This document shows positions 1-7,719 of a stretch of DNA of 11,700 nt, piece by piece. Under the pieces are notes generated by a model. It worked only from the letters and a program-made list of their open reading frames with translations. It was not told the origin of the DNA and did no database searches. A program made the translations under genes and the position numbers. This DNA is from Chlorokybus atmophyticus (Eukaryota; Plantae; Mesostigma and Chlorokybus algae), in contig RHPI01000230.1 of NCBI GenBank assembly GCA_009103225.1, positions 1-11,700 on the forward strand, written 5' to 3'. The first letter of the stretch is position 1. Every line of letters starts with the position of its first letter.

Positions 1-122
1 TCGTAGGGCTTAGGTGTTCTTGCCAAAGTTGGACTGTAGGTAGGATAATTGTTTGAAACAAAAGGAATGTAAATCGTCCATCGTGCGCAAAGTAGTATAA
101 TGAAAATAACCAGGAAAGTGAG

Positions 123-462
123 TCAAGCTTGCTTCCTGCAAGCCGCAGGTCCGTTGACCGTCGGCGATTGAGGACTTCCGTCGTCATTTACACCGTCCAC
201 ATGTCGATGATAGTGCACAGATACTGCACCGTCCCCTCCGCTTCGCCCAAGAGTTGTGGGCACGTGGCAATGGCGGCACGACGGCGGCGGCGAAGAGCTG
301 CGGTATGCCAGTGCTTCGCCGAGCGTGTGCGGCAGTAGCGCACAGACTGCACACAGTCGGACCAGGCTGACCGGGACGAAGAGCAGGCGGCACTGAAGGC
401 CGTAGCGGCGGCGGCATGCAATCGCCAGAGCCAAGGCGTCGCCAGGCAAGTCAGTGCACACA
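123..462 (-). CDS. Probable terminal coding exon of an unidentified gene; reading frame ambiguous
   Basis: GC-rich block with an acceptor-like TGCAG| (exon would start at 462) after a CA/TG-rich intron-like stretch. A donor |GTGAGT lies at 834 and a second |GTTAGT at 565. Two minus frames stay open through the block, stopping at 123 and 188. No family motif recognised. Confidence 0.35.
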
Positions 463-473
463 CTGCATTGCAT

Positions 474-830
474 ACCACGTCCACATCAACAAACGCAGGC
501 ACACGCACATGCTTGTGTGCACACAACCGTACACACTACTATTCTGCATACACACTCGTACTAACCTACGCCCGCGCAACGCACTGCACGGGCGCATGCA
601 AATGCACACGCAGATGGTCTGACACACGCATATGTGCACGCACACAAATGTACACATCAGAACGCGCACACAATGATTGATACACATGCATGCACGCACA
701 TTAAAAAGCACACAACAACACACGCACACATTGCACTGCACCTCAGGCCTGAACTGACGCACATATATGCACACATTGCAATGCAATGCATTGCGTGCAA
801 TGCATTGCACAAGCGTGTGCACACTCGTAC
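474..830. repeat. Low-complexity CA/TGCA-rich tract (intron-like)
   Basis: Dense imperfect CACACA/GCAC/TGCA runs, the same texture as introns of the dynein gene (e.g. 8330-8400, 10190-10250). Confidence 0.75.
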
Positions 831-2419
831 TCACCCACAGCCATCGAAACCCGCGCATTGTACTGCACGCGGGCGCAGAAGCACGCGTTGTGCATTTACT
901 TTGTTTGCATAACCTTCAATATGTTACGACCCTAACAAGTAATGTCTGTGAAAATTCTGGATGGCCTCAAAGTTAAGCATCCTACACATGATACATAGTT
1001 GGATACAATGCATATAATGAAGTGTGATAAAACTACTTCGAGTTGGCATGTTTCTTGCAATCGATGGTTAAAGTTGTATTTGTTCAAATGAAATCGACGA
1101 AAATGTATGCAAGGGTTGTCCTCTTTATTATGCAAGCAACCGTAACGTAGATTGTTGGGCCATCTGTTCCGGCAGCCGCAACAGAGAAGCCTTTGATTTA
1201 GGTTTTTTGACTAATTATATATATATTTATTATCATTACGTTACATTATATAATTATAACAACACAAGGCTTTCGTGTATTCAGTACACGTGAGCTACTT
1301 GAAAAGAGAGGGGAGTTTATATCCCTCAATTTTCAGTAATGACCGGTGCAAATCGGCTTACTTATTAATCATTTACATATAATAGCGGTCGCCCATTAAC
1401 ATCGAGCCTGTCGACAACCAGCTGACTGCCAAATCTGGTTGCGGTCGACCGTTACAATTCCATTCGATCAACTGAATCGAATGGTGCTCAATAGGTTAGC
1501 CACGCAATGCAGCCACTCATCTAACGGCGGCGCGACTTGCAACGTGGGCGCGCCGCGTTGCAGCACCCCGTGCTCTGGCAAGCTTCTTAAAGGCTGCATA
1601 GTAAAGGTGGGTACTGTACAGTAATAAACATGTACACGTGTATGCCAGCGCGCAAGGCCATACACATGAGGCTTCAATCAGCAATGTACCTGAGGTTTGC
1701 CTCTCATCAGCCTAAAAAAGCGCCCTTAAAAGGATCCATAAGCGCAAGGTGATTGTCCATCTGTTAGACAATGACCTTGTTGTAACCATAACAACATGTG
1801 GTTGGTTGATTGTTATGTTAAAAGTAGTATACGCATTTGCCAAATTTGCGCATCATGCGAATTGATAAATAATAAGCACCTAATGTGTATTGTGGTGTAT
1901 ATTAACCTAATATAATTGATAACCATTATCAATTTTTTATTTACACATTACTATGCACTTCGCTGTTTAGTGCTTTTGACATTGCTGCCCTGCTGCATAC
2001 AATGCTGCAGCTCATTGTGATACATGTCGTATAACATGTAACTCGACGTTCGCTGCAATTATTAATGAATCTATCATGTCATCATTATTGTGACAACTTC
2101 ACTGTGTAGAATGTGTAGTGTCCGAAGCGTTCAACCCTTATGCTGCATGCTATTCGATTTCTTTAAGTGCAACGCAAGCCATCTTCGGCCGGACATGGCT
2201 TGATTCGAACACTCAAAAAGACTGAAAACATGTAATTTTTCCCTCATAATTGACAACGGTAGTTTTTGCTCTTTCAGGCTTTGCTCTCCGTGAGATCTTT
2301 CCACATGCCTTTTCCTTTAATTATGGGATGAGAGAGGTGTCATTCGCTTTTCTAACTGATCTCACTGGCGCGTTTCTTCGACACTAGCGCTTGCTTCGTG
2401 GAATAATGTATTATAAAAA

Positions 2420-2466
2420 CTTAAGAGAAGTTTTAAGGTTTATAACAGCTTAAAACTTCTCTTAAG
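2420..2466. repeat. Perfect 18-bp inverted repeat with 11-nt spacer
   Basis: CTTAAGAGAAGTTTTAAG (2420-2437) is the exact reverse complement of CTTAAAACTTCTCTTAAG (2449-2466). Confidence 0.95.
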
Positions 2467-2985
2467 CTCTCATAAAGCTTTGCAATTGAGCTCTGTTGCT
2501 TTATATGCTTGCTTTGGCATGTTATAGCGAGCCTGCAACCTTATGAAGTTTTCTTCCTACATTCGTATAAATATTATCTATATATTGGTTGAGTGATAGT
2601 TATTGATCTTGTATGTATCTTATATAACCTTAATTAAACAACTCTGCAGAAGTTGGCTACTTCAAATTAAATTAGAATGATAATTTACTTCAATGAGTTG
2701 ATGCTTTTATTATATTTGATGATAATTAGGTACTGCTAAACTTCATTCGCTTTGAGATCAATTACCAATTATAATTGTTAAAGTGATACATATTTATAAA
2801 ATGCTTAACACTATTGCTGAATGCAGCAACAATGCTTGCGTTAAAATGTTAACACGCAAATGCAAACAATCTCAAAGTTTTTTGTAACACTGGTATGAAA
2901 CAACGTGTTGAGATGTTTGATATTGAGTATCGTTGTATTCTCACAAACCCGGCAAGTTGATTACAATCCAACGAATATGTTTCTA

Positions 2986-3026
2986 AGTCTGTTGCTAACA
3001 AACGGAGTCTGTTGCTAACAAACGGA
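2986..3026. repeat. Exact 20-bp tandem duplication
   Basis: AGTCTGTTGCTAACAAACGG at 2986-3005 and 3006-3025, plus one further matching base. Confidence 0.95.
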
Positions 3027-3450
3027 TGTACATATGTTCATGCAAATTGGTGATTACTGTTAAGTACATATTACGCGCATAGCTGTATTATTGATGCGTG
3101 TACTTGGAACTTGCAACAACTTACAGCATGAGGGGCTGGTGTAGCGGTTTAAGGTTTATGGTTTTTTATATATGAGAGGCAGCGGACTGTAATGGCCAAC
3201 CAGATGTGGTGTACACAAGGAACCCTCGCGGGCCTTAACAGTCGAGCCATGCACTTTACCTAACACCAAGGGCTTCGCTAGCATCATTTGATCTTGCCTG
3301 GTTCCTACCCCCTCCTCCCTCTGATTCAACTAGCGCACATAGAATTGAAGTAGTGGGGCGCCCACCGAGTGTGATATTGCTCACTGTTTGCTTGTATCCT
3401 TGTGATTGTGCAAGCCTACCTAGTCCGACTGACTGGCCCATTTCTAATTT

Positions 3451-3455
3451 TTACA
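3451..3455 (-). promoter_or_regulatory. Putative TGTAA polyadenylation signal of the TMEM249-like gene
   Basis: TGTAA on the minus strand about 115 nt after the stop codon at 3569. UGUAA is the established chlorophyte poly(A) signal. Confidence 0.55.
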
Positions 3456-3568
3456 ACTAGATGCTATATTGTAACACGCTTCTCGCTTCAATACAAGTCA
3501 CGGGTTTACGACTCGTATTGTCGCCACATCATGCTCTCTTCAAAATCTCTTGCAACATCATGCGGGAG

Positions 3569-4706
3569 TCATGTTGCTTTTTGTGATAACGCTGGGTTGC
3601 TGTATCGTATTGAATCTGCATATGTGCACCATTGTTGATGAAACGCATTGCATGCACGACAAGGCATAAACAGCACTTGCAATATTCGGTGTTGTGTAAG
3701 CTTTGCCATGAAGCATGCACACCAATACAAGCACTTGTGCTTTCTCTATGATTGCAATCATCACCAACTTACGATGCATGGAAATGTTGGCCTCATCAAA
3801 GTAATTCACATCCAGCCTCTTTGCCAAAGCCTGTCCCAAACTGCGCATCTCCTGCATACAACAAATTATAAACACCTATGATACCATCACTTCAACTGCT
3901 GCAATAAGACCCCCCCTCCCTTGCTTGGTTGTGCGCCACTTCACATGCGACAGGCATGCTATGCACACGCGTGCATGCATGAGAACCATACCTCCAGGCT
4001 ATCTGAATAACCCCAAGTCAGATACACTGTCTCCAGCTCGTTCCCCCCAAACGTCAACTGGTACTTTGGCTTCTTGCCCGGCGCTGCACCTAAATCACAC
4101 GACAATATACTGAGCAAATGCTCTGTGCAGCACAACAAAAACAATAACCACAATTACATCAAGAAGTACAACAACCAGCACAACAATGACGACAACAACC
4201 TCACCAGCGACTGCCCTGAGTTGGACGTAAACGTTCCACCACTCTCCGGAAGCAGCCTCCTGGCCGCCAACCAGGAGTGTGTATCTGCCTTGGGGGTGGT
4301 GTTCTGACCCTCTCTTGGGCGACGCCAACAAGGAGGAGGAGGCGGCGGCGGCGAAGGAGGAGGACGAGGCGGAGGTGAGGAAGGATGAGGGCCCCTCCAG
4401 CAGGACGGTCCTGGCAAGGCGGTAGCCCCACGCCAGGGGTAGGCAGGCGACGATGACCAGGAGGCAGGCGGCGAAGAGGAAGGCGTCGGCCTGGCCGGCG
4501 GCGGCGAAGGCGGTGGCGGCGACGGCGGCGGCGGCGACGATGGCGACGCAGGTGTAGAACGCCGCCGGGCGGTAGGTCAGCGTGAAGGCGCCCTTGCGGC
4601 GTCCAGGCAGGCGGACGAAGGGAGCCACGTGGTTGCCCTGCAAACGATGAGCGTACGCCTCGTGCGTCGATACTAGCGGCCACACCGCTGGCACAGCCAA
4701 ACGCAT
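3569..4706 (-). CDS. TMEM249: TMEM249 / CATSPER-theta-like (DUF4579) two-transmembrane protein, 241 aa, 4 exons
   Basis: Exons 4706-4205, 4089-3992, 3851-3773 and 3615-3569, all GT-AG with consistent phases (726 nt). The protein has collinear blocks AHRLQGNHVAPFV, FTLTY, two hydrophobic helices, GRYTLLVGG..SGEWWNVYVQL, YQLTFGGNELETVYL and LGQALAKRLDVNYFD..HHSIR. These parallel human TMEM249 as I recall it (ARRLKNNSFYPFV, FVLEY, 2 TM, GVYHFSIQG..QGPLHLVYVRL, FHLVLGGHRLEPLVL, LGRYIARKLNINYFD..RHVVR). The last exon is the least certain. Confidence 0.8.
4130..4200 (-). repeat. Imperfect (GTT)n/(CAA)n microsatellite in intron 1 of the TMEM249-like gene
   Basis: Runs of caacaa/acaacaa on the plus strand between donor 4204 and acceptor 4090. 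Confidence 0.8.
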
Positions 4707-5101
4707 CACCGCCGCCGCCGCCGGTGCCGGCGACAACACCGCGAGAGGCGAGCGATGCCGCGAAGTCACGTGACCACACTGGAGCGTATCGTGAATTGCG
4801 TATTGGCGTTACGTTAGCTGAATAATCGCAGTATCTCTGATGCGCGAAGTCACACTGGTGGTTATAGCAATGGTTGTGCTGCAATGCTATCACAGCTTCT
4901 GAGAATCTGACTTATACCTACTGCGCACAGAACCTTGTTGTGTAGTTTGTGCTGTACATGCACACATAACAGACACATACACATGCACTGGAAAACAAGC
5001 CGCTGCGCGTGACAAGGAGGTCAAAGTCGATAACTCGCGTGCAACCTACTCGTACCAATGCAGCATGCCTTTCATCAGTTGCTAATCATAAACCAGCAGT
5101 A

Positions 5102-5106
5102 TTACA
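5102..5106 (-). promoter_or_regulatory. Putative TGTAA polyadenylation signal of the DnaJ-like gene
   Basis: ttaca on the plus strand, about 235 nt past the stop at 5342. Confidence 0.5.
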
Positions 5107-5341
5107 ATAGTTTGGAGAAAGCTACAATAAATGCACACCAAGCCGAGGGCAAGGCAGTCGCACCGCAGCACTGGCGTGTGCAGACCCCGTGCATTTGTCA
5201 ATATAGCCTTGCATGTAGTGATTAATCTTCCACACAGTGTTTACTGCAGTGCATGTGAAGTGGCTGCTCGCACTCGCACTTACCTAAAGAGCAGTGCATG
5301 TAACCTACGCAGCATGGTGTGCATTGTCTCCATTGTGCTGC

Positions 5342-6424
5342 CTACAACCTTCGCACGAAACCCGTCCCGCTGCACTTCTTGCACAACACCAGCCCTGCCC
5401 CAACATGAACATGATCAACACACGCACGCAAACGACACACCAACCAGCTATCACCCACGGTTATTGTTGTTGTCGTATGCTTACCAGCACCCTTGCACAC
5501 TCTGCACTCCCTCACTTTGCCCTCCTCGTTGGTAGCCATCTTTCCCGTATTGTTGCAAAACACGCACTTCACCCCACCTGAAACACAAAATAAATTGATA
5601 GAGTGTGCGTGTGTAAGTTAGGCGCTGACTGCGTGACTATATGTGTAGGTGTGTCAGTGAACGCTTATACTCAAACAGGTTGACTACAGAACTTAACACG
5701 TCGTGATGCTAAACTGCATGCCCAAATTTCCAAATCAAAGCTGCGCCGCAAAGCCGCTTTATTCAGTCGCTCTGTTCATGTAAATGAGTCAACAAGTGTT
5801 GAACGACCATGTTCACCAACTGGATACCAGATTGAGAGCTGCATGTATGGAGTAATGTATAACATGCAGCTACGTTGTTGCATGTTATACATTACTCCAT
5901 GCATGCGGAACATGTTGATACTCTCTCTTACTGCCTGCCTCTCGTTCTTACCATTCCCTCCGCAATCAGGACATGGGAGCGGATCACCCTGCATTGCAAT
6001 CAGTCAGCGCTGATCAGCACGAACCAGCTTGCTTGAAACTGCTTTTGAATCAACGAAGCAATGCAAGATGAAGCGAATTGCATACCTTTAGTCCAAAATA
6101 CAGTGCAGCCCCCGCCGCAACCGCTGCGCTCCCCGCCGTCAGCACAGTCTGCAAGCCAGGGTCAATCGCTGCCCTATCACACAAAAAGATCACACCCATA
6201 TCAGTTGACCAGACTACCTTGCTCAAACACACAGCATGCAGCACCACACCAGACCAGGCCACGCAGTTTGGGCACTACAGTGCGCAAGTCTCTTACTGCG
6301 TGTGCAGCCGTCGCCTCCTTGGCGTACGCCACAAACCAAGATCAGGCCGTGGCCTGCTGTGGTGAGCGGAAGTAGAAGCCGCCGCCACTGCCGCCGTCGC
6401 CGCGGCGGCGGCGCTTGTCGCCAT
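5342..6424 (-). CDS. DnaJ-like cysteine-rich zinc-finger protein without J-domain, probably plastid-targeted and membrane-anchored, 132 aa, 5 exons
   Basis: Exons 6424-6297, 6173-6086, 5988-5952, 5577-5485 and 5394-5342 (399 nt, GT-AG, phases consistent). It has an Ala/Ser/Arg-rich N-terminus, a hydrophobic segment [19 protein letters not shown] and four CxxCxGxG-type motifs ([32 protein letters not shown]), ending FVRRL. From memory it resembles the plant At1g22630-type DnaJ-like proteins; not verified. Confidence 0.9.
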
Positions 6425-6595
6425 TGCCTGCCACGTGGCGCACCGAGAATGCGGAGAGCCCGAAACCTAACATTTGAGCCTTACGCAAGCTCCACGTCAT
6501 TGACTGAGCAGCATGTGATACAAGTCTGAACGCACTGATCTGGCTGATCAGTCTAGTTCAGGTTGCGTTCGCATGCGTTCGGTAAGCACACATCC
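6425..6595. promoter_or_regulatory. Compact bidirectional promoter region
   Basis: Only 171 bp separate the divergent ATGs at 6424 (-) and 6596 (+), and this must hold both 5' UTRs and promoter elements. Confidence 0.7.
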
Positions 6596-7466
6596 ATGGC
6601 GACGGCGGCGGCATCGGCGGCGTCATTGAACGTGGCGCTGTTGTATAGGCACATACTCAAGGCGGCGCAGCGTTACCCTTCTGTGAAACGAGCGGACATC
6701 ATCCGGGAGATCAAGACAGGTATGCCCTGTGCTTCTATGCATGTGTGGCACAGCCTATTAGGTAGGTGCATGGTTGTTGTGCTGTGTTACACAAGCCTAA
6801 TGTCTCTATGAATTATATCGATGCATGATGACCGGTGCACAAGCACTATGTTACGGAAATGATTGTGTACATGTCTACCTTTGACTGAAAGCATGCAGAG
6901 TCATGTGCATGTGCCATTGAAGCGTGTACTCCGTTTCACCAAACATTCTTGCAGATCAGAACTCACACAACTTACGCAACCATGCATGCATCATGCTTTG
7001 TGCAAGTCGCATTATGCGGTGCCAGATCTTACTTGCTTTCTCTGCGTGTGCACTATCGCGTGTATCTGTATCGTGCAAGCAGAGTTCCATCAAAACAAGA
7101 GTCTCAGAGACTCCCAGCAGATTGTGCAATGCCGGCAGGCTGCGCTACACAGCCTACAGAGCCTCCAAGCATACGCAGGTGGGTGTATGAGTTGTCAATC
7201 AGAGTTGTCCTAGACATGTATCTCTTTGCCATGCACACTGCCAGCCACTTGGTTCATGCCAAGTCGAGCGCCAGTTTAAAATGTCATGTTTGTGGCAACC
7301 CCAACACCGTTAAGCGATCCGCACACAACTTGCAAGTTGTGCTCGTCAGCTATGGCATGCACATGACACTTTCGTCCATGTTGTTGCAGGGCTCGACAAC
7401 AGTTCACCTGACTGGGAAGTGTACTTGAAGGGAAGCGGAGCCGTGCACCCTTCAGCGCAGCATTGA
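6596..7466 (+). CDS. LYR-motif (Complex1_LYR family) small protein, probably mitochondrial, 98 aa, 3 exons
   Basis: Exons 6596-6719, 7083-7178 and 7390-7466 (GT-AG, phases consistent). Protein: MATAAASAASLNVALLYRHILKAAQRYPSVKRADIIREIKTEFHQNKSLRDSQQI...GLDNSSPDWEVYLKGSGAVHPSAQH. It has the LYR tripeptide, L..A and the downstream I..EF..NK...D pattern of LYRM proteins. Subfamily not assigned. Confidence 0.88.
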
Positions 7467-7500
7467 GGGCAACAGTACTGTAGTCGAGCACTTTGCTAGT

Positions 7501-7537
7501 TGTAACTCAGGGTTAGAACCATTGTGTGACTGTTACA
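7501..7537. promoter_or_regulatory. Pair of opposed TGTAA polyadenylation signals (LYR gene +, dynein gene -)
   Basis: TGTAA at 7501-7505 (+) and at 7537-7533 (-), between the two convergent stop codons (7466 and 7720). Confidence 0.6.
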
Positions 7538-7719
7538 GTGTAGCCGACTCTGGTACACTTGTACATTACCGGCCATGTTGCATAGTTATGCACTTGAATC
7601 AAATGAGTTGTGGCCACTGCAGTACATATGCGGGGGCCTTGAATACATGGAGGCAAACTGATCCGGTTAATCTGTAGTGTTTGTGTTATGTTCTGCACAC
7701 GGAACAGTAACCAATGTCT

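Noticed and set aside
416-976. Several His/Thr/Cys/Val-rich ORFs of 68-135 aa
   Set aside because: Composition is what CA/TG repeats produce in any frame.
1181-1189. ACAGAGAAG, the U6 ACAGAGA box
   Set aside because: Not followed by ATTAGCATGG or the internal stem-loop, and a T6 run comes about 15 nt later.
1507-1599. About 90-nt multibranch fold with a 7-8 bp closing stem, tRNA-like in size
   Set aside because: No TTCRA T-loop or anticodon arm on either strand; kept only as part of the hairpin-cluster finding.
1686-1710. Minus-strand CTGATGA plus a GAGG/CCTC hairpin, resembling a hammerhead ribozyme core
   Set aside because: The required GAAA after stem II is absent (AGGTAC instead).
2199-2212. 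Minus-strand GTTCGAATC, B-box or T-loop-like
   Set aside because: The T-stem does not pair and there is no A-box upstream.
2986-3026. Direct repeat as a possible CRISPR-like unit
   Set aside because: Two adjacent copies without a spacer, in a eukaryotic context.
3137-3147. TGGTGTAGCGG, a good Pol III A-box or tRNA D-arm match
   Set aside because: No B-box or cloverleaf downstream, and a T6 run follows within 20 nt.
3255-3266. TTTACCTAACAC as a possible telomerase RNA template (also ACCCTAAC near 929)
   Set aside because: Neither gives about 1.5 copies of a known chlorophyte repeat (TTTAGGG, TTTTAGGG, TTAGGG).
4074-4307. Plus-strand Asn-rich 77-aa ORF
   Set aside because: Antisense reading of the (GTT)n intron and exons of the TMEM249-like gene.
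4201-4893. 230-aa Arg/Pro-rich minus ORF
   Set aside because: Alternative frame of a GC-rich exon, GTG start, no recognisable motif.
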